58,904 nucleotides of DNA from Candidatus Daviesbacteria bacterium (GCA_016183225.1 JACPEZ010000047.1:1-58904); one strand, 5' to 3'; shown: positions 34,737 through 43,972, numbered from the stretch's first letter. Numbers and translations are program-made. The notes: generated by a model from the letters alone, not told the origin.

Positions 34737-35812
34737 ACTTGGGCCGAAGTTAATCTTTCTCTGCCTGCCTGCAAAGTTTCCGGATTGCCTGCAGAAGTTA
34801 ACATCTGAAATGCCCCCAAAAGCATCATCAAAAATGCCAAACCCCCTCCAATGCCCAGGCCAAATTTTAATACATCCTGCACCAAATCCGCAGGATTGGT
34901 ATGTATACACCCAATGGCTGTTTTTATGGCCGGTTTTGCCGGGTCACATTCTAAACCTTTTCCAGAGGTACAAATTCCCAATGCGGCATCCTGCGTAGTG
35001 CAACCCTTTTTAAGGGTACCTGTATCGAGTACTCTGCCAGGTTTATCCGGTGTGCCTACAGTAAACTCCAAGGGGCAAAGGGGTTGTCCAAAACCTCCAA
35101 AGGGTCCAATATTGAGCCGGCGAATATCAATTTTGTGACGCCCCACTGTTTTCCAGGAAGTAGGTATTGCTATGGGACTAAAGTCTGGAGTATCCAAGTA
35201 AAGCAAAAGCTTTGGATCAAAGGAATCGTATGGTGTTGTTATGACACCGTCAAAAAACAATCTAAATTGCGACGTGATGGTGCTGGTTAAATTTTTCCCG
35301 GAAATCGTTAGGTTGGTGGCAGATGTAATTCCTTCTGTAGGTTTAAGCTCCAACTTACAAAGATTGTCGTTATCAACCACATCATAATAAGCCAGGCATT
35401 GGGGTACAGCCTGATTGTTGATAAGTGCGTGTAACACAATCTGTTTATTTTTTCCTTCGGAAAACTGACAGGGAGTAGTGCCGGGAATAAAGATTGACCG
35501 GTCAAGATCGTAAAAGATTTCATCTTCATTGAGCTTGGAGGCTGTGAATGTATAATCATTGACTCGCTGACCGGGGGCGAATGGCAGATCCCGGCAGTTA
35601 AATTCCATCCTGTAGATAGTACTGGCATTGCCTTGGCCCACATTGATAATAAACCTGGCTTTGCGCGTTTCATCTGTTAGAGGTTTACCGTCTGCCGGCT
35701 CTATCTTTACTGGACAGCTTGCTTGGGGGGCGGCTGATATTGAAGAAACACTGATAAGAAAAAATACAAAGAAGAATAATAACAGAAGCAGGATTTTAAT
35801 TATTTTCCCCAT
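34733..35812 (-). CDS. Secreted large-ectodomain protein ending in a half T4SS-pilin module (adhesin-pilin fusion)
   Basis: Signal peptide MGKIIKILLLLLFFFVFFLISVSSISA|AP, a ~290-aa Cys-containing ectodomain, then GGGLAFLMMLLGAFQMLTSAGNPETLQAGRERLTSA. That is pilin TM1 plus loop, but the ORF stops before a second TM. Confidence 0.6.
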   Translation of the reverse strand: MGKIIKILLLLLFFFVFFLISVSSISAAPQASCPVKIEPADGKPLTDETRKARFIINVGQGNASTIYRMEFNCRDLPFAPGQRVNDYTFTASKLNEDEIFYDLDRSIFIPGTTPCQFSEGKNKQIVLHALINNQAVPQCLAYYDVVDNDNLCKLELKPTEGITSATNLTISGKNLTSTITSQFRLFFDGVITTPYDSFDPKLLLYLDTPDFSPIAIPTSWKTVGRHKIDIRRLNIGPFGGFGQPLCPLEFTVGTPDKPGRVLDTGTLKKGCTTQDAALGICTSGKGLECDPAKPAIKTAIGCIHTNPADLVQDVLKFGLGIGGGLAFLMMLLGAFQMLTSAGNPETLQAGRERLTSAQV

Positions 35813-35828
35813 ATTTTTACCTTAGCAC
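35803..35828. repeat. Direct repeat copy A (ttttccccatatttttaccttagcac), the native leader and start of the adhesin gene
   Basis: The reverse complement contains gtgctaaggtaaaaatATGGGGAAAA. The ATG is the start of the 34733-35812 CDS. Confidence 0.9.
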
Positions 35829-35880
35829 GGTTTTTGAAAAGAGTCCAGTTTCTTTGAGGAAAATGTGTTAAAATATTGAT

Positions 35881-36081
35881 ATGTGGGTATGGGATTACAA
35901 AATCAATAAAGCTTGGAAGCCAATAACAGATGACGGCTGGCAATGGTTTCTGGTGCGGAAAATTAATTATGGAGATTTTGCAGGCATTACAAAGGATATG
36001 TTAAAAAAATATTTTCCCAAAATTAAAAAATGGCTTGATTCGGGTAAGAAAACAATGATTGAAAATTTTCTACAGAGATGA
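35881..36081 (+). CDS. Small Trp-rich hypothetical protein (66 aa), possible partner of the downstream nucleotidyltransferase
   Basis: ATG ORF overlapping the downstream gene by 4 nt (ATGA). No motif recognised. Confidence 0.35.
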   Translation: MWVWDYKINKAWKPITDDGWQWFLVRKINYGDFAGITKDMLKKYFPKIKKWLDSGKKTMIENFLQR

Positions 36082-36752
36082 AGTTGACAACCGGTCAGAA
36101 AATAGCTTTGGATCTTATTGCCAAATCACCTATCACGAATAAGTTTTATTGGACAGGCGGCACCTTGCTGGCTTATTATTACTTCCAACATAGAAAATCG
36201 GAAGATTTGGATTTTTTTACCAAAGAAGAATTCTCGTTTGATGAAGTCAATCAATTTGTCCAAAATCTTAAAGGTAAAGCAGGGTTCAAAAGCGTGGAGT
36301 ACCAGAAAATTTTTGATAGGCATAAATTTCTGTTAAAAAATAAGGAAATTTTGAAAGTGGAATTTGTTTACTATAATCATCATAGAAATACATTGGGCAG
36401 AAGAAAGAAGGTTTTAGGGGTGTGGGCAGACTCTTTAAAAGACATTGCTGCCAATAAAACTTTGGCATATTTTGACAGAAATGAACCTAAAGACTTATTT
36501 GATATTTATTTTTTGTTAACAAAAGGCAGATTTACTTCAAAGCAGTTACTCGGATTGGTTTTTAAAAAATTCGGGGTGAAGCTTCCTGAAAGTTTGTTTT
36601 GGTCGGAGAGCTTTAAAAATATTAAACTGCTTTTTACAATAAAACCCCTGCTTCTGGAAAAAAATAACAAGGAACAGATGAGGCTACTAAATACTATTGA
36701 CAATTATTTTAAAGATCAATCAGCGCAATTCTTAAGAGATACTTTATCTTAA
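36078..36752 (+). CDS. AbiEii/DUF1814-like nucleotidyltransferase (second, divergent copy)
   Basis: FYWTGGTLLAYYYFQHRKSEDLDFF reproduces the GGT...R.S.DLDF core seen in 26049-26741. Confidence 0.65.
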   Translation: MKLTTGQKIALDLIAKSPITNKFYWTGGTLLAYYYFQHRKSEDLDFFTKEEFSFDEVNQFVQNLKGKAGFKSVEYQKIFDRHKFLLKNKEILKVEFVYYNHHRNTLGRRKKVLGVWADSLKDIAANKTLAYFDRNEPKDLFDIYFLLTKGRFTSKQLLGLVFKKFGVKLPESLFWSESFKNIKLLFTIKPLLLEKNNKEQMRLLNTIDNYFKDQSAQFLRDTLS

Positions 36753-36763
36753 GATAATAAGAT

Positions 36764-36808
36764 TTTTCCCCATATTTTTACCTTAGCACAAATTTAATTT
36801 AGGGTCTA
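36764..36808. repeat. Direct repeat copy B (45 bp)
   Basis: ttttccccatatttttaccttagcacaaatttaatttagggtcta is identical to copy C. Contains the stop codon (cta) of ATPase 1. Confidence 0.9.
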
Positions 36809-37945
36809 GTTGTTTAAGAATTGTTCAAAATTATTCGGATAGATAATCTTATAAGTACTGTTTTTATAAACAGAGGTAAATTCTTTCCCCGCTGAAGTCA
36901 GTGTGGTTTTTTTGGGTGTGAACTTAAACTCAAAGGCTGTAAGCCTGCCTTCTTTTTCCTCGATTAAATCAATCTCCTTTTGGTCATAAGTGCGCCAAAA
37001 GTATAGATTAGCAACCTTTCTGCTGTTTTCAAGGGTTTTTAATCTTTCTATTACGCACAGGTTTTCAAACATTACTCCTTTATCTGTGCGCAAATTTAAT
37101 GGGTTAAAATTACGTATTAGAGCATTACGGAGACCCAAATCTACAAAGTAATATTTGGAGGTTTTAGAAATTTCTTTGCGTAAATTACGGCTGAACCCCC
37201 GAATATTAATAATTACAAACATTTTTCCCAAAAGGTCTAAATACTTCTCAACTATAATTTTCGAAAGCGATAAATTTTGCGCCAGTTCCTGAATGGATAC
37301 CTCGCTGCCGATTTGTAAAGCAAGAAGAGATAGCAAATCAATAATTTTTTTAGGTTTACGTATTGTTTCAAAGCTTAAGACATCTTTATACAAGTAATTA
37401 TTGATCAGTTCGTTAAGGTAAAGCTCTTTTTCCGCTTCAGAGGAAAGAGTGATAACCTTTGGGTATAGGCCAAACCGCAAAAATTCCCCGATTTTGGCAG
37501 GTACTGTTTCAAGTATATTTTTTGGCACTTCCGGTACTCCGAGAGGGTAGAGTGTAAAAGTGACAGACCTGCCTGTTAAAGGCTCGTTGATTTTATTTGC
37601 CAAATCAAAGGATGAAGAGCCTGAAGCTATAATGTGTATTTTTAGCGAGTCGAAAAGCAATTTTAGAACCAGACCAATGTTTTGAATTCTTTGAGCTTCG
37701 TCTATGACTAGCAGTTTATTTGCGCCAACGATCTTTTTTAACCGGTCCAAATCAGCTATACCAAACAATTCTTGCGTACGAAGATCGTCACCGGTAAAAA
37801 TTAAACACGTTGATTTAATTCCGTTTAATAATTGATTAATTAGGGTTGTTTTACCGGATTGTCTGGGTCCGTAAATTATAATTATTTTAGGCTCACCCAT
37901 GAGCTGTTTTTGAATTCTGGTAAGTATACTTCTATCAATTAGCAT
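36806..37945 (-). CDS. AAA-type ATPase with C-terminal DUF4143 (PD-(D/E)xK-like) domain, copy 1
   Basis: Walker A GPRQSGKTTL, Walker B LLVIDEAQ, C-terminal FWRTYDQKEIDLIEEK...FEFKF. Start set to ATG MLIDRS, preceded by TTGACA-17-TATACT. Confidence 0.8.
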   Translation of the reverse strand: MLIDRSILTRIQKQLMGEPKIIIIYGPRQSGKTTLINQLLNGIKSTCLIFTGDDLRTQELFGIADLDRLKKIVGANKLLVIDEAQRIQNIGLVLKLLFDSLKIHIIASGSSSFDLANKINEPLTGRSVTFTLYPLGVPEVPKNILETVPAKIGEFLRFGLYPKVITLSSEAEKELYLNELINNYLYKDVLSFETIRKPKKIIDLLSLLALQIGSEVSIQELAQNLSLSKIIVEKYLDLLGKMFVIINIRGFSRNLRKEISKTSKYYFVDLGLRNALIRNFNPLNLRTDKGVMFENLCVIERLKTLENSRKVANLYFWRTYDQKEIDLIEEKEGRLTAFEFKFTPKKTTLTSAGKEFTSVYKNSTYKIIYPNNFEQFLNN

Positions 37946-38052
37946 AAATTGAGTATAGTATAGTTTACTTAATTTGTCAAGAGGGAGAATATGGTAGCCC
38001 CGAACATTATTTTGGGAAAGTTTTAACAATATCCGTTTCTAATAATACCATA

Positions 38053-38097
38053 TTTTCCCCATATTTTTACCTTAGCACAAATTTAATTTAGGGTCTA
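38053..38097. repeat. Direct repeat copy C (45 bp)
   Basis: Identical to copy B. Lies just 3' of ATPase 2 (stop at 38102-38104). Confidence 0.9.
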
Positions 38098-38101
38098 CTT
38101 C

Positions 38102-39355
38102 TTAAAATTTTTTATCAATCAATTCAAAGAATGGAAGAATATAGATTTTGGTTTTATCTATCAAGGTCTTGAAATTTCTGCCAAGATGTACGACATATCC
38201 TTTTCCAGGTTTATACTTTGCCGCAAAATTTCTGAAAGAACGCGTAAGTTCAATTTTTTTCATCTTTGAATATTTTATCTCAATTGGCGTAATCTCCAGT
38301 CCTTTTTCCAAGACAAAGTCAACTTCTGCCTGATCGCGCGTCCTCCAAAAGTGGATTTGGGTGAGTGCTGACTCAAGCTGCATCCGCAGCATATTAAAAA
38401 CAAAGTTCTCAAATAGATGCCCGCTTAATGGAGACGGGATTCGGGGCAATCCGAAAAGCCCCAGGAGCCAATTACGAAGTCCGATGTCGTAAAAATAATA
38501 TATTGGCGCTTTGGTAATTTCTTTTCTGGTGTTTCTGTAATATGGTGTGACCTTTTTAAGGATAAAAGTTTGCTCCAAATACCACAAATAATGCTTGACA
38601 GTTTTTTCGTCAAGATCAACGGTTGACGAAAGCTCTGTTAAATTAATAAGACTGCCAATCTGTGAGGCAATGATTTTCAAAAGATTACCTAAAGCCTCTG
38701 TTTTTTCCAGGCGCAGCAGGTCTCTTAAATCTCTATCTATATAACTTTGGTAAATCTCCTGCATTTCGCTTTGTTTCAAAGAGACGGAGTCTGATAAGAC
38801 TACCCGCGGGTATCCTCCAAAAACCATGTATTCAGAAAGTAAATGTTCGGTTTTGGCTTTTTCCACAATAAAAAAATCATTTAACTTGTCTTCATAGTGA
38901 TAATTGGTTTTATAATTGACAAATTCCTCAAAACTTATCGGTTCAATAATAAAGAGTTGTTTCCTTCCTGCCATCGACTCCGGTATTTTTGCTTTAAGCT
39001 CAAGGCTTCCTGAACCTGAAATAATAAATTTATGCGGTAGGCGCATATCAAAGATGCCTTTTAAGAAAAGCCCGGCATTTTCTTTGCGCTGAATTTCATC
39101 AATAAAAACAAATGCTTTTTCCCTGCCTGCCACAAGATTGATATACGAAAGCAAGGCGGCTTGCGAGGCGACCTTCAATGCATCCTCCTCATTATCCAGG
39201 TTTAACCAGATTGTTTTTTTACTCTCGTTTGCCAACATCTCTTGCAAAATCTGCATTAAATAGGTTTTTCCCACCTGTCTGGGACCAGTAATAATAGTCA
39301 TCTGGTCTGAGAAAAGATGGCGCACGAGCAGGGCAAGTATTTTTCTTTTAATCAT
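38102..39355 (-). CDS. AAA-type ATPase with C-terminal DUF4143 (PD-(D/E)xK-like) domain, copy 2
   Basis: Walker A GPRQVGKTYL, Walker B FVFIDEIQ, C-terminal FWRTRDQAEVDFVLEK...IEIKYS. Confidence 0.8.
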   Translation of the reverse strand: MIKRKILALLVRHLFSDQMTIITGPRQVGKTYLMQILQEMLANESKKTIWLNLDNEEDALKVASQAALLSYINLVAGREKAFVFIDEIQRKENAGLFLKGIFDMRLPHKFIISGSGSLELKAKIPESMAGRKQLFIIEPISFEEFVNYKTNYHYEDKLNDFFIVEKAKTEHLLSEYMVFGGYPRVVLSDSVSLKQSEMQEIYQSYIDRDLRDLLRLEKTEALGNLLKIIASQIGSLINLTELSSTVDLDEKTVKHYLWYLEQTFILKKVTPYYRNTRKEITKAPIYYFYDIGLRNWLLGLFGLPRIPSPLSGHLFENFVFNMLRMQLESALTQIHFWRTRDQAEVDFVLEKGLEITPIEIKYSKMKKIELTRSFRNFAAKYKPGKGYVVHLGRNFKTLIDKTKIYILPFFELIDKKF

Positions 39356-39433
39356 ATATTCCTATTTTAGTACCTTTTTTCCAGGAGTCAAGTAACGAAA
39401 TAGTCGGGTAAAATATCAAAACCGAATTGTCCA

Positions 39434-39458
39434 TTATTTTTACCTTAGCACAAATTAG
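39434..39458. repeat. Direct repeat copy D (partial core atttttaccttagcacaaatt)
   Basis: Shares the ~21-nt core with copies A-C. Lies between ATPase 2 and the divergent SpoIID-like gene. Confidence 0.75.
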
Positions 39459-39472
39459 ACGGCAATGATAAA

Positions 39473-41203
39473 ATGAAGAATATGTTTAAAAGTAAGTTTA
39501 TCCTGGCATTTGCGATCTTTTTTTTCTTGCTACTTGCTACTTACTACTTACTACCAACAGTCCGGGCCGATGAAATTGAGGATTTGCAAAGGCAGATTGA
39601 TGAGCTGAATAAGGCCCGGGAGCTGTCTGTTAAAGCTACCACCCCCCTGGAAGGGCAACTGTCCTCTTTACAAAGGCAGCTTGCCCAGATTCAATCAAGC
39701 ATTAACGCTCTTTCCGCAAATATAAAAACAAAACAGCAGGAGCTGGATTTAAGGGAGGAAAAACTGGCTTTGCAGCAGGCTCTTTTAGATAAACGGGTCC
39801 GCTCCTATTACATCCGCTCGTACCTCGCAGACCCTTTACTGGTTATCCTGTCCTCTTTTCAGTCGGGCGATCTTTTCCGGGAGCTGTCTTTCCGCCAGTC
39901 TGTGGCCCGGGAAGACCGCCGGATCATTGCCAGCGTTACCGGGGAAATGCTGGATTTACTGACTCAAAAAGACAAGCTGGAAAAAGATAAAGTCAAGTTG
40001 GCTTCTTTTCAGGTAGAGGTTGACAAAAATGCCAAGTTTTTAGGGGGAGAAATAACAACAGCCAAAAAATATCAGGCCGAACTGTCCACCAAAATTGCCC
40101 GGTTATCTGCCCGCCAGCAGGCCATTATTGCTCAAAGACAAGCCTCTTTAAATTTACCCACTTCTTTGGGAGCCGGGCCGCTTTTTTGTACGGATGACCG
40201 AAAGCTTGATCCGGGTTTTTCCCCGGCTTTTGCCTTTTTTACCTATGGCATTCCCCACCGGGTGGGCATGAACCAGTATGGCGCCTACGGCCGGGCCAAC
40301 GCCGGAGCAAACCATGAGGATATTTTAAGAGCCTATTTTCAAGACTTTTCTTTCGAACAAAAAGGCAATATCAATATTTCGGTTCAGGGATACGGCTCAA
40401 TGCCTTTGGAAACTTATCTGTTGGGCATTTATGAAATGCCTGATTCCTTCCCCATGGAGGCTTTAAAAGCGCAGGTCATTGCCGCCCGCTCCTATGCCCT
40501 TTCGTACACCGGCAGCGGATCAAAAGAAATCTGCACCAGCCAGCAGTGCCAGGTTTACAAAGGCGGCAATAAAGGCGGCAACTGGGAGCAGGCAGTCAAA
40601 TCTACCGATGGCAAAACCATGATTTCCGGCGGCTCGCCGGTGACGGCCTGGTATTCTTCCACTGACGGAGGATATACTTTTTCTTCATCCGATGTGGGCT
40701 GGTCTGCCCGCTCTTTTACCAAAAGAGTGCGAGATACCAACGGAGATATCTCCAGCTTTGCCGATTTACAGGCCAAAGCCTATGACCGGGATTCCCCCTG
40801 TTTTTATGCTGCCCAGGGAGTAAGATCTCAATATGCCAAGAGCGCCTGGCTCAAATCAGAAGAGGTGGCTGATATTGCCAATGTCATTATGCTAATCAAA
40901 GCAGATTCCGGAGTGTCATCCCATCTTTATCAAACCGATAAACCCAACCCGGAAGGAGGAGAAACCTGGAATGAAGATCGAGTCAGACAGGAGCTTCGCT
41001 CAAGAGGCAGCAGTCCTTTTAACAGTGTTTCATCAGTTTCAGTGTCGGCGGATTTTTCCTCCGGGCAGATTACTTCAGTGACAGTGTCGGGTGACCGGGG
41101 TGCGGAAACTTTTAACGGCAGCGAGTTTAAAAATTTCTTTAATCTGCGTGCCCCGGCCAATATCCAGATTGTGGGACCATTATTTTCTGTAGAACAGAAA
41201 TAA
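39473..41203 (+). CDS. SpoIID/LytB-domain cell-wall protein with N-terminal coiled coil
   Basis: Signal peptide, long Q/L-rich coiled coil, then MNQYGAYGRA, AQVIAARSYAL, CTSQQCQVYKG and AWYSSTDGGYT, the SpoIID motif set. Confidence 0.8.
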   Translation: MKNMFKSKFILAFAIFFFLLLATYYLLPTVRADEIEDLQRQIDELNKARELSVKATTPLEGQLSSLQRQLAQIQSSINALSANIKTKQQELDLREEKLALQQALLDKRVRSYYIRSYLADPLLVILSSFQSGDLFRELSFRQSVAREDRRIIASVTGEMLDLLTQKDKLEKDKVKLASFQVEVDKNAKFLGGEITTAKKYQAELSTKIARLSARQQAIIAQRQASLNLPTSLGAGPLFCTDDRKLDPGFSPAFAFFTYGIPHRVGMNQYGAYGRANAGANHEDILRAYFQDFSFEQKGNINISVQGYGSMPLETYLLGIYEMPDSFPMEALKAQVIAARSYALSYTGSGSKEICTSQQCQVYKGGNKGGNWEQAVKSTDGKTMISGGSPVTAWYSSTDGGYTFSSSDVGWSARSFTKRVRDTNGDISSFADLQAKAYDRDSPCFYAAQGVRSQYAKSAWLKSEEVADIANVIMLIKADSGVSSHLYQTDKPNPEGGETWNEDRVRQELRSRGSSPFNSVSSVSVSADFSSGQITSVTVSGDRGAETFNGSEFKNFFNLRAPANIQIVGPLFSVEQK

Positions 41204-41303
41204 ATTCGAAGCACGAAATCCGAAATACTAAACAAATTCTAAATTTTGAAAATTCGAATTTCAAAAATTGTTTCGAATTTCGAAATTGGAATTTCGAATT
41301 TAG
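41204..41303. repeat. Heptamer-periodic 'cgaaat/ttcgaa' element (sibling of 21351-21484)
   Basis: ttcgaag/cacgaaa/tccgaaa/tactaaa/caaattc ... gaatttc/gaaattg/gaatttc. The 24-nt string aattcgaagcacgaaatccgaaat matches the reverse complement of 21443-21476. Confidence 0.8.
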
Positions 41304-41324
41304 AAAGAGTATACTCTTTTTGCT

Positions 41325-41900
41325 ATGTTTTCTGCTTATGTTGAAAATCCGCAAAATTGCCGTTTTGAGGGCCAGGATCCGGATGAAAAAATCCTGCTTT
41401 TGCTGCGCGCCCATCCCATTGTCAATTTAGCCTGGATCATCCCGGCCCTGCTGCTTTTTTTCCTGCCCTTTTTCCTGCCCAAAATTTTTTCGCTTTTAAA
41501 TTTAAATCTTTTGGCCCTTCCCCAAACCTTTAAAATAGTGTTTTTAATCATCAACTATTTGCTGATTTTAACCATTGCTTTTGAGGGTTTTTTGCACTGG
41601 TATTTTAATGTTTACATTGTCACCGATAAAAATGTGGTTGATGTTGATTTTCACTCCATTCTTTTTAAAAATATTGATGTGGCGCCTCTTCGCAACATTG
41701 AAGATACCTCCTCATCCATGGGCGGGATTTTAAGATCTATTTTTCACTACGGCGATGTATTGATCCAGACAGCCGGCACCTCCAGGAATATTGATCTGGA
41801 ATCTGTGCCCAGGCCCCATCATGTGGCTGATTTTATCTTGGATGAAGCGCACAAACTCTACGGGAGGGGAGATCGCCATGCCGACGGCCACCCCAGCTGA
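41325..41900 (+). CDS. Membrane protein with bacterial PH (YdbS/YdbT-like) domain
   Basis: Two N-terminal TM segments followed by YIVTDKNVVDVDF...GDVLIQTAG...LESVPRPHHV, a pattern seen in bPH_2 proteins. Confidence 0.45.
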   Translation: MFSAYVENPQNCRFEGQDPDEKILLLLRAHPIVNLAWIIPALLLFFLPFFLPKIFSLLNLNLLALPQTFKIVFLIINYLLILTIAFEGFLHWYFNVYIVTDKNVVDVDFHSILFKNIDVAPLRNIEDTSSSMGGILRSIFHYGDVLIQTAGTSRNIDLESVPRPHHVADFILDEAHKLYGRGDRHADGHPS

Positions 41901-42114
41901 TTTATTGGTCACAAAGGAATTTTTGCTGGTTGTGAAAATTGCCATTTTGATAATTTTGGCATTTTACGCTATATTTGCTCTGATGGTGATAAGACAGGTG
42001 GATTTGATGAGTAAAACTTTAATTACTCAAGTTTCCCCGATCCTCTCGGCCTTTTCTATTTTGCATGCCGGAGTGGCCATTGGTTTGATCGTCTTGGCCT
42101 GGGGAATTTTATGA
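41878..42114 (+). CDS. Small two-TM membrane protein (78 aa)
   Basis: Internal ATG preceded by gggagggga. Two hydrophobic helices. Confidence 0.4.
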   Translation: MPTATPADLLVTKEFLLVVKIAILIILAFYAIFALMVIRQVDLMSKTLITQVSPILSAFSILHAGVAIGLIVLAWGIL

Positions 42115-43904
42115 GATTAAAAATAGCACAGGTAATCGGCTTAAATACGGACCAGCAGGCGGCCCAAGTAGTTTCACAGATACAGGATGCCGAGAATGCT
42201 TTTTTAGCTTTACTCCGGCTTAGTTGCGATGACGCTTTTACCAAAGGCAGACAGGCTCTGTCAGACCTGTCGGATTTTTACTTTGATTTTGAAGGCAGTC
42301 CGGCCCAGAAACTGACTGCCGCTTTTGCCGAAGGAGTCAAAAAATTTTCCGGCGAAGGTGAATACGACTTGTGTTTGGCTGCAGTATCGGGAAAAGTGCT
42401 GTATCTTACGGGACAGGGCCGGGTGGAAGTTTATTTAAAAAGAGAGGATAAGTTATCGCCGCTTTTGTCCACCGGTTCCGCCGGCGCTTTGATCTCGGGA
42501 TTTTTGGAAGAAGGGGACAAGTTAATGCTGGCAAGCAAAAGTTTGTCCGATTTGCTGGGTGAGGATTTGTCCAAATCAATGGATTTGCCTAAAGACGCAT
42601 GGGAAGAGGAAATGAGTTCCAAAGTGGCCCGGGCGGAGAGCGGGGAGGGAGGGCTGGCCGGGCTTTTTGCGCGGATAGATCAGCAGGATCAGGAAGATCA
42701 AAAGGAAGAAGAGTCTGTTATCAGCCTTCCCGGTCTACAGGAAAAAGAAATTATTCCTCCCCGGGCCAGGGCAATTCTGGCAAAACTTCTCGGATTTTTT
42801 CCCAAAAGCGGCCGGGGCAGATTGATTTTGGCTGTAGTTTTAATTATTATTATTGCTTTGGGAACAGGGTATCAGTATAAATTAGGTCGCGACAGGGAAA
42901 GGAATCTTCAATTCGATCAAGCCTTACAAGCTGCCAAAGATGATTTTAATGCTGCCAAAGGTTTAAGCAGCTTAAATCCGGCCGAGGCCAAGATTAAACT
43001 GGATACTGCCAAAGATAAAATTGGCCAAGCGCTGGTTCTAAAACCCAAAGACAGCGGCGCCCGGGATTTAAAAAACCAGATTGAACAGGAATCATCCTCT
43101 ATTTTGCAACAGGCGCAGGTAGCTGATTTTCCTTTGTTTTTGGATCTGGATCTGGTCAAAAAAGACTTTAAAGCTTATGCGTTAAGTTTTTCGGCCGGCA
43201 AAATACTGGTTTTGGATAGAACGCAATATTCCCTGGCTGCTATTGACGCTGCTAAAAAGAGCAATCAAATTCTGGCCGGGAAAAGTCAGCTGGGGGAAGC
43301 GCAACTATCTTCATTGAATGGCAATCTGGCTTTTAGCTACTCTGCTGACAAAGGATTGGTGCGTACCGATTTAACCAATCAAAAACAAACCCAGGTGGCT
43401 AAAGTTGACGAGGAATGGGGGAATATTGCAGACATGAGCGGCTTTGCCGGCAATGTTTATCTTTTGGATTCAACCAAGAATCAAGTCTGGAAGTATTTGC
43501 CAACTTCCGAGGGCTATTCCGGTAAAAGAGATTATCTTACTCAAAACACCAAGGCGGATTTTACCGGCAGTTTGCGGATGCAGATTGAATCTTCAATTTA
43601 TGTGTTGAAACAGGGAGGGGAGATACTGCGATTTACCAGGGGGGAGAAGGATAATTTTTCCTATTCAGGTTTACCCTCACCGGTCAAAGACCCCAAAAGT
43701 TTCTTTGTTTCCTCCGATACTGATGATTTGTATTTGCTGGATTCTGGCAACGCCAGACTTTTGGTCTTGACTAAAACCGGAGCCTATAAAGCCCAGTATC
43801 AAAGCGAGCGCTTTAGAGAGTTTTCCGACCTGGTAGTGGATGAAAAAGCTAAAAAGGTCTATTTGCTGGAAGGCAGTAAAATCTATACAATGGATCTCAA
43901 ATAA
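42111..43904 (+). CDS. Hypothetical single-pass membrane protein (597 aa)
   Basis: Cytoplasmic N-domain, TM (LILAVVLIIIIALG), beta-rich C-terminal ectodomain. ATGA overlap with the upstream gene. Confidence 0.5.
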   Translation: MRLKIAQVIGLNTDQQAAQVVSQIQDAENAFLALLRLSCDDAFTKGRQALSDLSDFYFDFEGSPAQKLTAAFAEGVKKFSGEGEYDLCLAAVSGKVLYLTGQGRVEVYLKREDKLSPLLSTGSAGALISGFLEEGDKLMLASKSLSDLLGEDLSKSMDLPKDAWEEEMSSKVARAESGEGGLAGLFARIDQQDQEDQKEEESVISLPGLQEKEIIPPRARAILAKLLGFFPKSGRGRLILAVVLIIIIALGTGYQYKLGRDRERNLQFDQALQAAKDDFNAAKGLSSLNPAEAKIKLDTAKDKIGQALVLKPKDSGARDLKNQIEQESSSILQQAQVADFPLFLDLDLVKKDFKAYALSFSAGKILVLDRTQYSLAAIDAAKKSNQILAGKSQLGEAQLSSLNGNLAFSYSADKGLVRTDLTNQKQTQVAKVDEEWGNIADMSGFAGNVYLLDSTKNQVWKYLPTSEGYSGKRDYLTQNTKADFTGSLRMQIESSIYVLKQGGEILRFTRGEKDNFSYSGLPSPVKDPKSFFVSSDTDDLYLLDSGNARLLVLTKTGAYKAQYQSERFREFSDLVVDEKAKKVYLLEGSKIYTMDLK

Positions 43905-43905
43905 G

Positions 43906-43972
43906 AGTCTAGTCGCTAGAGTCTAGAATCTAGTAAAATTAACCTTGACTCTTGACTCTTGACTCTAGTCAC
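43906..43972. repeat. Bipartite heptamer element (ctag-type x4, AT spacer, ttgactc x3-4), sibling of 424-490 in reverse orientation
   Basis: agtctag/tcgctag/agtctag/aatctag, then taaaattaacc, then ttgactc x3 + tagtcac. Exactly fills the gap between the upstream stop (43904) and the smpB ATG (43974). Confidence 0.85.

Noticed and set aside
34737-34910. N-terminal extension of the second four-helix-bundle ORF (track start at 34910)
   Set aside because: It overlaps the adhesin-pilin coding frame. The family-typical sequence begins at the ATG at 34736, which is ATGA-coupled to the upstream stop.
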